The notes beneath the pieces are model-generated. The model searched no databases and was not told the DNA's origin. It saw only the letters and a program-made list of their open reading frames with translations. A DNA stretch of 64,000 nt from positions 39,060,001-39,124,000 of the forward strand of contig OX597822.1 in NCBI GenBank assembly GCA_951406725.2, given 5' to 3'. This DNA comes from Octopus vulgaris (lineage: Eukaryota). The position numbers and the translations under genes were made by a program. Positions within the stretch are counted from its first letter, which is position 1. Every line of letters starts with the position of its first letter. This document shows, piece after piece, positions 24,601 to 39,391 of the stretch.

Positions 24601-25030
24601 ATGGCAGCCTCAACTTGACGCACAGATGCCTCATCAATGGCAGAAGAGGCGACCAGATCTGGGAGCTGTTTCCACAGAGTTCCGACCATGTTTGAATTCA
24701 CGATGCCAGCGTTTTACAAGGTCATATGATGGGGCATCATCACCATAAGTTACTTTCATTTCATCAAAAGTCTCCCGTGGTGTGCTTCCTTTCAAATACA
24801 AAAACCGGATCACTGCTCGACACTCAACAGGCTCCATTTCACATTTGACTCGGTTCAAACACCTGTAAATCAGAAACCACAATTAATTCAGAGCTGTAAT
24901 TTGCCACTTACTCTATAGAGATATAAATGATTGCACATGTAAAATTTCAGCTAGATCAAACAACAGCAAGTGGGTCAGAGGCATTACTTATTGAACGTCC
25001 CTCGTATGATATCATGCCATCACCTGCAAA
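21650..25030 (+). mobile_element. Decayed Hero/NeSL-type RLE LINE interrupted by a mariner
   Basis: N-terminal zinc finger CKLCCRIFATERGLKVHQGKAC; RT motifs QFRPISL.NVEGKIF, VVWLDLANVYGSVPH, KAFMDDV; LSFLIRSS|YDIMPSPAN resumes after the mariner insertion. Confidence 0.8.
23715..25004 (-). mobile_element. Near-full-length mariner (1290 bp) with disrupted transposase
   Basis: TIRs CGAGGGGCGTTCAATAAGTAATGCCCCTGACCCACTT, TA duplication, motifs WIPRLL, ITQDKTWVHH, LLQDNAPVH; stop codon and frameshifts. Confidence 0.95.
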
Positions 25031-25197
25031 CAAAATCTTATTTTGACCTCCAAGAGCCATACGGACTCTGATTAGGAATCACTGGTCTACACACTTTGTC
25101 TATATACTCAGACAACATCTACACACTGTGACTATCTATCCAGAAACTTTATACACACTATCTATTGACTCGACATCTGTGTCTATCTGTACAGTCA

Positions 25198-25580
25198 TTA
25201 TTACCTCCGCTTTAGCGAAGGTGGAGGTATTGTTTTCAGTCGTCTTTGTTTGTTTGTTGGTTTGTCCGTGGACAAGATATCTCAAGAACCACTGGATGGA
25301 TTAGGATGAAGCTTTCAAGGACGTTTGGCCTCGTGACTGGCACGAACTGATTAGATTTGGGGTCGATCCGCTACCGGACAAGGATTCTGGATTGTTTTTC
25401 TATTTTATTTTTTTACTTAATTTTTGAGCGCGGTCGGGTTCATTTTTAGTATTCTCGTTTGTGAGAGCAGTCGAGTTTATTTCAGATATCCTCATTTTAA
25501 AAATCATCTCTGGCTAACCGTTGAGAGGACATTGGTGTTGCCTTGGCGGAGGTTTGCTCTCTTTGCTCGTTTCCAGACTG
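25198..25580 (+). mobile_element. Helentron-associated non-autonomous element (HINE/DINE-1-like)
   Basis: 5' TTATTACCTCCGC..GGAGGT subterminal inverted repeat, internal (GTTT)n, 3' GCGGAGGT subterminal repeat before a degenerate terminal hairpin. Confidence 0.7.
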
Positions 25581-26270
25581 TGGTGATGGCGGTAAGATGA
25601 TAGTGGCAACACTGGTAGTCTTGTTGTTGTTGATGATGATGATGATGAAGGTGGTTGTGGTGATACTGGTGTTGGTGATGCTGGTACTGTTGTTGGCGAT
25701 GATGATGATGGTGATGATTACAATAGTGCAGGTGCTATTGGTAGTGGAAGTTGTGGTGGTGGTGGTGATGGTGGTGATGGTATAGCTAATGGTTGTGTTA
25801 GTAGTGGTGTGCTGTGATGGTAATGGTGGTGGGGGAAAACAGTGATGGTGGTGTAGTGGTAGTGGCTGTGGTGGTGGTAACTGGGTGATAGATAAATTGT
25901 AAGAAAGAACTAAGTGACCTCTCAACCTCCACCATCCCCATCACCACAACAACGACAACGTCTACCACCACCACCACTACCATTACCATTATCACCACAC
26001 TCACTACCACCGACCATGAGCACCACCACCACCATCACCACCATCACCACCACCATCGCCTTTAACTACTACCAACCCCCATCAATCACACCTCACCACC
26101 ACCACCACGACTACCACCACCACCACCACCACCACCACCACCACCACCACGACTACCACCAACACCACAACCACCACCAAAACGACTACCACCACCATCA
26201 CCACCACCACCACCACCACCACCACCACCACCACCACCACCACCACCACCACCACCACTGCCACCACAAA
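25580..26270. repeat. Degenerate (GGT/GAT)n tract followed by an opposite-strand (CAC)n tract
   Basis: Low-complexity sequence producing the poly-V, poly-H and poly-T ORFs. Confidence 0.9.
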
Positions 26271-26790
26271 GACAAACGTGAGAAGAGGAAATATCGGCTG
26301 TCTCTAATGGAAATCATTTGTCTGAAGTTAGACTAAATAATTGTCTTAGTTTGGTACAAGGACACCATATTTTAATGTGGGGTTTACACCGTCAACAACA
26401 CGGACGTCGGACGTCTGGCGGTGGTGTGGTAGCAACGTGTAGTGGGTGGTGGTATCAGTAGTAGTCTGTAATATGTCTATATATGAATACATACACACTA
26501 TATCTATCAGTCCGTCTGTCTGTCTGCCTGTCTATCAATCCATCCATCCATCCATCCATCCATCTAACCATCCGTCCGTCGACCCTTCCCTCCCTCCCTC
26601 CCTCCCTCCATCCTTCGTGGCTGTGTGGAGGCGCAGGCATGGCTGTGTGGTAAGGAGCTTGCTTGCCAACCACATGGTTCTGGGTTCAATCCCATTGCAT
26701 GGCACCTTGGGCAAGTGTCTTCTACTATAGTCTAGGCTGACCAAAGCCTTGTGAGTGCATTTAGTAGTGGGAAGCTGAAAGAAACCGTTC

Positions 26791-26837
<47 letters not shown>

Positions 26838-27322
26838 TGTCTGTTTCTGTGTGTGTATGTGTATCTGTGTTTAACCCTTCAACATCGCTTGACAAGCGAT
26901 GTTGGTATCTTTACCTCCCTGAAACTTAGCGGTTCGGCAAAAGATACCGATAGAATAAGTACTAGGATTACAAAGAGTAAGTCTTGAGGTCGATTTCTTC
27001 GACTAAAGGCGGTGCTCCAGCATGACCACAGTCAAATGACTGAAGCAATTAAAAGAATACGAGAATAAAAGAATATATATATATATATATATATTCTTTT
27101 ATATGTGTGTATATGTATATACACGTTAGTGCGCCGGGCAAAATGCTTAACGGAATTTCGTCTGTCGTTACGTTCTGAGTTAAAATTCCGCCGAGGTCGA
27201 CTTCGCCTTTCATCCTTTCGGGGTCGATAAATTAAGTACCAGTTTCGCACTGGGGTCGATGTAATCGACTCAATCCCTTTGTCTGTCCTTGTTTGTCCCC
27301 TCTATGTTTAGCCCCTTGTGGG

Positions 27323-27357
<35 letters not shown>

Positions 27358-27478
27358 ATATTATTCATATAGAAATATGATAAAGGCTCCCAAATAAGGA
27401 AGCAAGTGCTAGAGACACAAAGAGGGATAAATTCATCAAAGGAATGAAAATCAAAAACATTTACCATTATAGATGTAT

Positions 27479-27554
27479 CCCAGACTGATCAGTTTCTACC
27501 TCTTTCTAGCAAAACATACAGAATATGTTTGCCCAGGCAAGGTTCGTCAGTGGG
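27479..27554 (-). ncRNA. Type-I hammerhead-like motif with canonical core
   Basis: CCCA-CTGACGA-ACCT...AGGT-A-GAAA-CTGATCAG-T-C-TGGG; palindromic stem III, GUC triplet; lies in an island between (TA)n tracts. Confidence 0.6.
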
Positions 27555-27756
27555 TAGCCTTCTAAATCCTAGATGCACAAAGCGTTGGAGCACGTGTAGC
27601 TCTAACGGTTTGTAAATCTTAACTTTCCAAACCTCCGCGCAGACGCAAAACATACCCGGCGACCGAGAGCATGCCGGTAAAAAATTTTACGAACAAATTT
27701 ATCAAGTAATATGTAAATATGTATAAGTAATATGTATAAATATGCGTGTGTGTATG

Positions 27757-27839
<83 letters not shown>

Positions 27840-28195
27840 ACACATATATATATATGTGTGTCTATATATATATAAAAGACCCCCTTCGGTCATGAATGAT
27901 CATGGGATTGCACCTAGAAAGTTACCCTCCTAGACACAAGTCCGGGCAAGGTTGTTTTATGGAAGACCAGCAGTCGCCCATGCATACCGGCCTCCCCTCT
28001 CCACGCCACCAGTGTTATCCAAGGGAAAGACAAAGGTCGATACAGCTTGGAACCAGTGACGTCGCAACACATTTCTACAGCTGAGTGAACTGGAGCAACG
28101 TGAAATAAAGTGTTTTGCTCAAGAACACAACACGCAGCCCGGTCCGGGATTCGAGCTCACAACCTCACGATCGTAGACACACATATATATGTGTC

Positions 28196-28376
<181 letters not shown>

Positions 28377-28638
28377 TACATACATACACGCATATTTATA
28401 CATACACACAAACACATATATATGTGTGTGTGTGATATAACGTATGTATATCGCTGCAATGTCATAAGCTCGTTTTGTAGAGGTAGTGCGTTAAAAACGT
28501 AATATACTTCAGCGCTAGACGAAGCGTAATCGTCTTAAATCATATGGACGTTCACATTTGGACCGTTGTTATGAGGGTGTCTAATTGACATTCACACACT
28601 ATTTTATTTGAATGAAATGAAAGCATTCCATTGCACAC

Positions 28639-28718
<80 letters not shown>

Positions 28719-29067
28719 CTTAAAAGTGTTTCAGCGTTAAAGCTGTGGTCATGCTGGAGCACCTTCAGAAATGGTTAATAGGAACATATAATCGTAGCGG
28801 CTACTGTGCTCGGTCTTACCGGTTAACAATGCTGGCTGACCTCAGTGAATATAGATAAACACCAGTTAGTTAAATTTACTATAATCGGTGAATAGCACCG
28901 GTAATTAACACCAAGGTTCACAATTTGCTGTACGTCCCAGTTTTCGGCGGAATCGCGCGTAAGTCCTGACAGAGAAAGATGTGATTAACTGTATAATAAA
29001 GCTTAAATCTGTAAAACTCTGTTCTCCTAATATTTATTAATTTACGTATAATAACTAAAATTCTATA

Positions 29068-29584
29068 TCTATATATATAAAACTGTAGTTGTGTGAGTGT
29101 CTGTCCCCTTCGATTTAGATTCCTAACTCCTCCCACATTTTGCGGTGCAGTTTAACCAAATTCGGGTATCTTATAGTCGTGATTAATATCGAGCCCGTCT
29201 GGCTATTAGCGCGCGTCTACGACGAGTCTACGATTTTAAAAATAATTTAACATCATTTTTTATTCCATTTTAATGCATAATTTTTCGTGTGTCGATGGCG
29301 GCGGAGTTGGCGTCCACGCTCAAACACCTGCACCTGTGTTTGCTTCTCCCCCTTCTTCCCTCCCTCGTGAAGCTGTGGGGAAGGGAGTTTAAGGAAATCA
29401 ACGTCGTAATGCGTTGTCAAGGAGACCAGCGTTCTTTTAGAACAACGACTTCATGGCTTGAAGGCACCAAAACAGAAATGGCTAAGAAAGTCTGAATTGG
29501 CATCTATAAAGGAAGTAACTCTCTAAAAATGCTTATATAGTTATTTCCCTTACAAACCCGAGCAACGCCAGGCGATACTGCTAG
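29068..29584 (+). mobile_element. Non-autonomous Helitron
   Basis: A|TCTATATATATAAAA 5' end; 3' cccgagcaacgccagg imperfect hairpin about 10 nt before CTAG|T; no TSD. Confidence 0.75.
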
Positions 29585-29587
29585 TTA

Positions 29588-29790
29588 TTTATATAATAAT
29601 ATATGCTCCAATTAAAGTGACTAACCCTAAACAATTGACTGAAAAACGATGGGCCGAAATACTGGGGATTGAACACGACATGTAAGCACTGATGTCGTGT
29701 TCAATTCCTAGTGGTTCAGCCCATGTTTGTTCAGTCAATTGTTTAGGTTGGGTCACTTTAAATGGCGCATATATCATAATATAAATAATA
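29588..29790. repeat. Imperfect palindrome of about 200 bp
   Basis: taaagtgac..cctaaacaattgactgaa...ttgaacacgacat mirrored by atgtcgtgttcaa...ttcagtcaattgtttagg..gtcacttta. Confidence 0.85.
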
Positions 29791-29874
29791 CATAATTATA
29801 GTTTCTATTAAAAACGGCGTGTGTGTGTGTGTCGCTCTTCTCCATAATTTACAGCCTTCGGGTCTGTTTACAAA

Positions 29875-29936
<62 letters not shown>

Positions 29937-30049
29937 TATATATATTGGTAAAAACGGTAAGATAACAAAAGAAAGAAAGAGACCTCAATATTATGTAAAT
30001 AGAGGAAATTTATCTGTAAATTAATATGTTACTATTATTCAATAGCCAA

Positions 30050-30110
30050 GATAAAACTCTGAGTTTCGGATGCCGAAGTGGAAATCCACAACACCATCTC
30101 TTCGGTTATC
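30050..30110 (-). ncRNA. Hammerhead-like motif (C at position 4)
   Basis: GATAA-CCGAAGA-GATG...CATC-C-GAAA-CTCAGAG-T-T-TTATC; lies in an island between (TA)n tracts. Confidence 0.5.
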
Positions 30111-30386
30111 TGGCCATCTGAAAAAACGGTATGAAAAAATACCGTTATATATATATATATATAATGTGCCTTTGGTCACATTATTGGCTAGCTGTTGGCT
30201 CTCCTGTGTTGATTTGCTATTTAATACGTCTTGGTTTCGGTCCTATAGGATGTCTAAAATCCTCATTCCCATTAAACAAGCTCGCAACAGATTGTACTGA
30301 GTTACATTTTACCAGTAACGCTCTCAATCAATCTCTCTCGTTCACACACACGAACACACACACACGCACACACACGCACACACACA

Positions 30387-30442
<56 letters not shown>

Positions 30443-30983
30443 AAAGTAAACGTGAATTAGAGTTATATAGAAAGGTTTTTGATTTAACGATCTAAATTAT
30501 TAGTTTATCTGGGAGTTTAGTTTACCTGATATATGAAAGCGATTCCTGATCACAGTCGTGAAATGCATGAGGGGTCACTACTGCCTTACACATGGAGAAC
30601 AAAAGTGGAGAAGGTGAAAGCATGCATACATACATACATAGATACATAGATACATACATACATACATACATACATACATACATACATACATACATACATA
30701 CATACATACATACATACATAAACACACATTCATGCATAAATATATAGAAACATTCACATACATATGTATATATGTGTATATATGTATACATATATGTATA
30801 TACGCATATATATGGCCATAGGGCGTAGGAGTGGGTGTGTGGTAAGTAGCTTGCTTACCAACCACATGGCTCCGGGTTCAGTCCCACTGTGTGGCACCTT
30901 GGGTAAGTATCTTCTACTATAGCCTCGGACCGACCAAAGCCTTGTGAGTGGATTTGGTAGATGGAATCTGAAAGAAGCCCATC

Positions 30984-31041
<58 letters not shown>

Positions 31042-32729
31042 ATATGTTTTTGTGTCTGTGTTTGTTCCCCCACTATCGCTTGACAACCGATGCTGGTGTG
31101 TTTACGTCCCCGTCATTTAGCGGTTCGGACAAAAGAGACCGATAGAATAAGTCCTGGGGTCGATTTGCTCGAGTAAAGGCGGTGCTCCAGCATGGCCATA
31201 GTCACATTACTAAAACAAGTAAAAGAGTAAAAGAGTATAGGCATATAGCAGATTGAGTGTTATTAACACGACACAAAAGGTTTCATGTAAATATATACGC
31301 ACGAAACCATTGGTATCGTATAAACAACACTATACAATTAAAAGAGTTAAAAGAAATCTCTAATCTACTAATGCGATGTGTGTGTATGAATGTGTGTTCG
31401 TGTATGTGTGTATGTGTATGTGCGCATGTGTGTGTGTGCGTGTGCTTGCATGTGTGTGTGTGTGTCAATACGCACATATCACGTGGTTTAATGACTGTAT
31501 AACCAGACGTGTTTGATGACATCACCCCACACGAATGGATGGCGTTATAGAACAGTCCCATTTGTTGTTATTGCTGCAATTGGCCGCATTTGATCAGGTC
31601 GCCATAACCAGACAGTTTGATGACGAGCCAAAAATTCCGAGACATACCAAATGTCACTCGTGTAGGAGAATTCCTTGGCAAAAGAGGAAAAAAAAATAAA
31701 ATTACGGTTTAGTCAGAGGCGAAAGGGCAGCGTCTGTGACATTTTTGTCGAGCCTCCGAAGTTGATGTAGTGGGAGATGGAGGGGTGAAAAACAGGGTCA
31801 TTTTCTTCTGTAACTGCAGTTGTAAGAAGTAGCGTAGAAAGATATCGATGTTTTGTCAGTGTGATTACAAAATAGCAGACTCCGCTAAAAGACCAGGTGG
31901 AGCTGGTGTTAAACAAGGCGACGGATTACGTCTAGTGTTATTTTATGATTGTTGCATATCAAGCACATCATTCCGTGCAATGTCTAACAAAAAATAAAAA
32001 AGTAAAGAAAAAATAAATAAAACGGAGCGTTAATCGAAGACGGAAACTGAGTGTTGAATTACTTTTTTCATAATTCCTTAATTATATCACTGAGTCGACA
32101 TCTTTTTCTTTAAAAAATTAAACTGGTGTGACGTCGGTGCATTTATCGTCAATCTATTCAGCTTTTGCACTCGCTGCACTTACTGCAGAGAGTGCATATA
32201 TTGAAACAGTGGTGAGATGTGCAATTACAGGAATAAATGTCATCGAGAAATTATATGAATATTATGACAATTGTCGGGTTTTCTGCTGGCAGACGACCGT
32301 CTATCTACTAACACTAGACACTTAATGTCTTCAATTGATAATGGCAGCATTTATTTGTTTTGTTTATTGTTGTTTTTCCGTTCTTGGATTTTGTTTGTTT
32401 TTTTTTTGTTTCGTTTGTATTTCATTTCCACCGGTAAATTTTCTGACATATGACCTTCAGTGAGGTCTTGCTCATAATTTCTCATTTCACCAATACCTAC
32501 CTACCTACCTACCTACCTACCTACCTACCTACCTACCTACCTACCTACCTACCTACCTACCTACCTACCTACCTACCTACTTACCTACCTACCTACCTAC
32601 CTACATACATACATACCTACCTACATACATACATACATACATACATACATACATACATACATACGTACATATGTACATATACATATACTGTACATGGCTA
32701 TATGCATGTATATGTGTATGCATATATAT

Positions 32730-32772
<43 letters not shown>

Positions 32773-34525
32773 AACACACACATATATATATACACATATA
32801 CATATATATATATATATACATATATATGAATATACATATATATATGTGTGTGTGTGTACATGCATTTATGTATGTATAGATGTATATACATAAATGCATA
32901 TACACACACACACATGTGTTTGTGCATGTGCGTGTGGATGTATGTATGCACGTGTGTGTGCGTATGTGTACGTGTGTGTGTGTATGTGTGTGTACGAGTG
33001 TGTACGTGAGTGTTTATTTCATTTCAAGTCGGTGTTTAAAAAGTAAAGTTAAAAGACCAAATATTATTGGTATAAATGTGAGTTTATAATCTGGTTAAAG
33101 AAGCCGGAGGTTCCAAAGCAGTTTTCCACAGCTAACCTCTTTCTGTTTGGTCTCATCCCGCACCCTCCGAAGCGTTATTCATATCAGCAGGGCAGCTGGC
33201 CTCTACGACATTACATACGTGTTCTTGTTTGTACTAAACAGCAATATCCGGTCTGTTTGTTATGCTTCCATTTACTAGAATTTGAATATTCCACCAATAT
33301 ACCTTATTCTCTTTTACTCTTTTACTTGTTTCACTCATTTGACTGTGGCCATGCTGGAGCACCGCCTTTAGTCGGGCAAATCGACCCCAGGACTTATTTT
33401 TTTCGTAAGCCTAGTACTTATTCTATCGGTCTCTTTTGCCGAACCGCTAAGTTACGGGGACGTAAACGCACCAGCATCGGTTGTCAAGTGATGTTGGAGG
33501 GACAAACACATACACTCACATACATATATATATATACATATATACGACGGGCTTCTTTCATTTCCCGTCTACCAAATCCACTCACAAGGCTTTGGTCAGC
33601 CCGAGGCTATAGTAGAAAACACTTGCCCAAGGTGCCACGCAGTGGGACTGAACCGGAACCATGTGATTCGTAAGCAAGCTACTTACCACAGAGCCACTCC
33701 TACGCCTGTTTATTTTGTTATTCTTTTACTCGTTTCAGTCATTTTGACTGGGGCCATGCTGGAGCACCGCCTTGAAGGGTGTTTTAGTCGAGCAATTCGG
33801 TCCCAAGCGTAGTAGTTATTCTATCGGTCACTTTTACAGGGACGTAAACACACCAACACCGGTTCTCAAGTGATGATGGGGGGGGAGGGTGCATACACAA
33901 ACACGAAGGTGCACACACACACACACACACAGATACATACGTATATACGACGGGTTTCTTTCAATTTTCATCTACCGGATCCACTCACAAGGATTTGGTC
34001 GGCCCTAGGCTATAGTAGAAGACACTTGTCCAAGGTGCCACGCAGTGAGACTGAACCCGGAACCATATGGTTGGTAAGCAAGCTAGTTACCACACAGCCA
34101 CTCCTACGCTATGTACTTCGCTTGAATAAAATAAATACTTCGGTCGATATGTTTGACTCAGCCCTTCCATGTGGCGTCCCACTGTGACTGAAAAATTAAC
34201 CCTTAAGTATCCAGATTATTCTGTCAAATGTAATGCTTTTTCATTCACGTTGTTTTAAATTAATCCTGCATTATCTCAAGGCATTGAAATTTTTGATGAT
34301 TGATTTTTTTCTTTAGTTTCAGCTCAGAGCTGTGGCCATGCTGATGCACCATATTTTATAATGACATTGAAGGATAAATATAATAGATAGGGTCTGGTTG
34401 GCTAGAACATAAAACAAGTAGAATATTTGGGCCAGAATGGCTAGTTTCAGTACTGAAGGGTTAATAATTATTTCTACTGAAGGCACAAGGCATTGGGCCA
34501 CAATAGCTAATTTCAGTGCTGAAGT

Positions 34526-34597
<72 letters not shown>

Positions 34598-35279
34598 CAT
34601 AATTTCTACTAAAGGAACAAAGCATGACTTTTGTGGCAAGGGGACTGGTCGATTACATCGACTTCAGTGTTTCACTGATACTTAATTTATCGAACCCGAA
34701 AGGATGAAAGGCAAAGTCGACCTCGGTAGAACTTGAACTCAGAACGTAGCGATGGGCGAAATACAGCTAAGCATTTTGTCCAGAGTGCTAACGATTCTGC
34801 CAGCTCGCCGCCTTAAATAATAAACTAATGAAAAATATTATAGGCGTAGGAGTGGCTGTGTGGTAAGTAGCTTGCTTACCAACCACATGCTTCCGGGTTC
34901 AGTCCCACTGCGTGGCACATTGGACAAGTGTCTTCTGCTATAGCCTCGGACCGACCAAAGCCTTCTGAGTGGATTTGGTAGACGGAAACTGAAAGAAGCC
35001 CGTCGTATATATGTATATATATATATATATGTATGTGTGTGTATATGTTTGTGTGCCTGTGTTTGTCCGATGCTGGTATGTTTTAAGCCCCGTAACTTAG
35101 CGGTTCGGCAAAAGAGACCGATAGAATAAGTACTAGGCTTACAAAGTCGATTTGCTCGACTAAAGGCGGTGCTCCAGCATGGTCACAGTCAAATGACTGA
35201 AACAAGTAAAAGAGTAAAAGAAATTTTCCAGAAGTAGGCGTGGCTATGTGGTAAGAAGTTTTCTTCTCTTTCTCTTTAA

Positions 35280-35820
35280 TTTTTAACAGATATTCAAGTC
35301 AGCTGACCAGTTTTCTTGCCCGTCCCAAACAACGATGTCCGGCCTCTTATGTTTACACTCGGCGGATGTTTTCATGGCAACGCGCCACGGTATTTCTTGA
35401 CTTGTTGTTTGTCTATGTATTCAATAACAGAAGGAGTCTCTATATTTACTCCTGGATAGTCTTCTTTCTGAATGGTACCGTTAATTGTTTCTGCGTCAAC
35501 GTCGCGTCGGATAGGGAGATAATACTTTGAAAAATTTTGATGGGAATATTCCACCAGCATTCCTTGCGCTGGTATTTGCGTACGAACTTAATAATAAGAA
35601 TTCTCAATAATTATTACCGCACAGTATATTTCCAAACGGCGTCGTATATTGTTTTTGCGGTAACGTCGTATCGCATGAAGCAGTAATATCTTGATGATAT
35701 ATTTGGTCAGCTGCTAACCACATGTGTGATATCTTCCACAAAAATATCACATAATCTACATTTTCGGATCCATCTTGGAGCTCCAAGGACTTCACTTCTC
35801 TTTTGTTGATTAATTTCATA
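35280..35820 (-). mobile_element. Decayed RLE-LINE (R4-like) zinc knuckle and endonuclease fragment
   Basis: CRLCDIFVEDITHVVSS*P..SSRYY..RYD, CWWNIPIK and CKHKRPDIVVWD across frames. A related fragment at about 51250-51670(-) reads YWWNIPIKTLVRCNHNKPD. Confidence 0.75.
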
Positions 35821-35885
35821 GCAATATGTATGTGTGTATGTGTGTTTGTGTATGTATGTGAGTATGTATGTGTGCTGTATGTGTG

Positions 35886-35917
<32 letters not shown>

Positions 35918-36059
35918 TGTATGTATGTATGTATGTATGTGTGTATGTGTGTATGTATGTATGTGCGTGTGTGTATGTGTGTGCATGTATGTGTGTATGT
36001 ATGTATGTATAGATGTATGTGTGTGTACGTATGAATGTTCGTACGTACGTATGTATGTA

Positions 36060-36091
<32 letters not shown>

Positions 36092-36188
36092 CGTACGTAC
36101 TTATGTATGTATGTATGTATGTATGTATGTAGGTAGGTACGTAGAATGTATGTATGTACGTATATACGTACTTAGGTACGTACATACG

Positions 36189-36241
<53 letters not shown>

Positions 36242-36252
36242 ATATATATATG

Positions 36253-36286
<34 letters not shown>

Positions 36287-36480
36287 TGTATGTATGTATG
36301 TATGTATGTATGTATGTGTGGCCATACTCGATAACGAGGGGGCAGCCATAATAATGTATGTGTGTATACACACATTTATGCATGTATGTGTGTAATTATA
36401 AACGTATATATTTAATGAGCATACCATTGTGATAAATTGGATTTTTGCCGTCACTCACACATGTGACACATATATATATA

Positions 36481-37363
36481 CAGGATTCGGTGAATACATT
36501 GTTGTCTAAATTATGCAAAAATGAAAATAACTCTAATGACATCTCATTTTAACAGATATATTTACGAAAGTTACATAAAAATATTTTGAAATACTAAAGA
36601 GTAAATTTATTCAATAAAATCGCCATTGGCTTCAACCACGGTCTCCAAACAACTTCCGAATTTCCAGCAACTCTTCTGGAAGTCTCCATGTTTAAGTTGG
36701 TGAATGCTGCCATAATCCTTGCCTTCAGTTCATCTTTGCTGTTACGAGAAGTTTTGTTGGTCTCTTGCTCAACTGCGCCCTACACATAATAATCAAGGGA
36801 GTTGCAGTCTGAGGAGTTAGGTGGCCAGATGTTAGGAGTGATGTGGTCGCAGAAACTGTCTGACAGCCATGACTGGGTTCTCTGCTTGTGTTGCGTGGTG
36901 CAGAGTCCTGTTGCCAGACATAGGCTCTTTCAGCAGAGACCCTCTTGACCCAGAGCAGCACTACCTCCTCCAGGCACTTGATGTAGGCCTCCGTGTTGAG
37001 TCTGAAGCCGTGTGGGAAGATGAATGGAGCCATAACGTAGCCGTCACTATTGATCACTCCAGACACCAAGATATTGACTGGATGTTTGATTTTTATCATT
37101 CTCGGTACATATCCTCAGATTGCACTGTCCTCAGACTGACATCCAAACACTCTTAAATATTCGTTTTGGGGCTTGTAGCACGAAAGCCAAGCAGTACAGC
37201 ACATCGTTTCCAAATTTTTGAAACGTGAATTGTGTAACGTTTTTCTTACAGACGGTGCCCAACTGACCCTACTATACTATATAGTCGGCAAAATCAAAAA
37301 CAGAGAATGCGCATGCACAAAATTAAAAATATAAAATGGCGGTAGTTTACCCATTGCGCCCTG
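36481..37363 (-). mobile_element. Internally deleted Tc1/mariner-superfamily element (maT/DD37D-like)
   Basis: KHPVNILVSGVINSDG..FIFPHG.RLNTEAY, VWQQDSAP and WPPNS.DC..LDY motifs; TA flanks; degenerate CAGG termini. Confidence 0.7.
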
Positions 37364-37535
37364 TACATATGAACACACGCACATACACACACACATGCAT
37401 ACGCATATATCTGTGTGTGTATGTATATGCATGCAAACACACATACAGATTCGTATCATACGATTATATTAACTATAACAATAGGTTAATAGACATCACA
37501 AACATATACCTATGTTTACCATGTCTATGTGAGTG

Positions 37536-37567
<32 letters not shown>

Positions 37568-37589
37568 CATGTATGCATCTATCTGTCTG

Positions 37590-38650
37590 ACGAGTTCGGG
37601 GCGAACCTGGACGTCGATGAGGAATACCTGACCCGCCTGTTCGGGACGACTTTCGGGCCAGGGCCTATGGACAACTTCCAGAGATCCCTGGCCTGGCAGT
37701 GCTACTGAGAAGCGCTACCCGTTCGGGATAAGCTCTACAGACACGGCTCGAGAAACACGGGGTCGACCTGCCCGAGATGCGGTCAGAGCGACGAAACCGT
37801 TCTGCACGCACTCGTGCAGTGTCCAACAATTTCCGACCTGTGGGCTTACGTCGAACAACTGCTGTCACGTGTGGGACGAGTCGGTTTATCAGATGAGTCT
37901 ATCGTCAATATTGTCACGCCTCCTTCCTTCAAACAGGAAGGAAGAGCTATTTTCATCATCCTTGTGGCTATGGCGAAAGAATGTATCTGGTGGATGCGTC
38001 TGAAAGGATTGGAGACAAACACTTTCCTCTCTGGTCAACCTCTCATCAACTTCTTCAAGTATCACTTGAAAAGGAAAGTGAGAGTAGAGAGGTAAGTTTT
38101 GTCTAGCGAATGTTTTAAAAAAAGATGGTTAAATGTAGCAAGGATGGCACGTATGAATGACGAGGCCACCTTGAACATAATCCTATGAACCCAGAAATTG
38201 AAAACAGAGGGTTACCCACTTGCAAACAAATGTGGTAACATATAACAATATTGACCAAGGTTACCGTGGTCTTTTTCGTAGGCTTTTCTTCCCACGGATA
38301 AACCTTACTTGCTTTCCCCTTTACACCATATATCATGACACTGTGATACACGATCCCTATTGATCGTTTTTCTCCCTCTTCCCCTTCATTTCCTCTTTTT
38401 TCTTCTTTTTTCATTTTTCTTTTCTTTTGTTCCTTTTCGTCTTTTTCTTTTTTCTTTTCTTTTCTTTTTTTTGTTATTTTTTCCCTTTGACGATCCCTTT
38501 TGATCGAAAACCTACGCCACCTTTTTGTCTTTTTTTGTTTCTTTCTTTTGTTTTTTGTTTTTTTTGTTGTTTTTTTCATCCCCCAAAAGAAAAGCTCTAC
38601 CTTGTAACTTGTCCCATCTGTGTGCAACCCTGTGTGGCCAATAAAGAAAC
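37590..38650 (+). mobile_element. 3' fragment of a Tx1/L1-type LINE
   Basis: CPRCGQSDETVLHALVQCPTISDLW zinc knuckle, pyrimidine-rich 3' UTR, AATAAA, then (CTAT)n; compound microsatellites on both sides. Confidence 0.7.
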
Positions 38651-38659
38651 TTCTATCTA

Positions 38660-38903
<244 letters not shown>

Positions 38904-38935
38904 GTCTGTCTGTCTATCTATCTGTCTGTCTGTCC

Positions 38936-39022
<87 letters not shown>

Positions 39023-39132
39023 GCTTACCCACACATATTATACAATCACATACGCATGAATACAAACACAGACACACAACTAATATTTGTTTTCATTCAT
39101 ATATAGAAATGCGTTTTGTCTTTTGTCTGTGA

Positions 39133-39187
<55 letters not shown>

Positions 39188-39341
39188 TGAGTATGTTCGC
39201 CGGCGCAATCTAATTTAACAAAATTCTAAAATCTGATGATTTATCTAAAATTTTGCTGTGTCACATTGACCTTATATTTTGAAATCATTAACACATGCAA
39301 GATTCACACACACAAACACACACACATTTATATATGTAAAA

Positions 39342-39391
<50 letters not shown>

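Noticed and set aside
25914-26336. Histidine-rich ORF
   Set aside because: Translation of a (CAC)n microsatellite, with no splice or homology support.
31500-32480. Non-repetitive island as a possible second gene or enhancer
   Set aside because: No convincing exon, ORF or motif cluster by eye; left unassigned.
35372-35620. Possible MADF-domain host gene (KFVRKYQRKECWWNI)
   Set aside because: Adjacent CRLC..H...C and RPDIVVWD motifs identify an RLE-LINE remnant instead.
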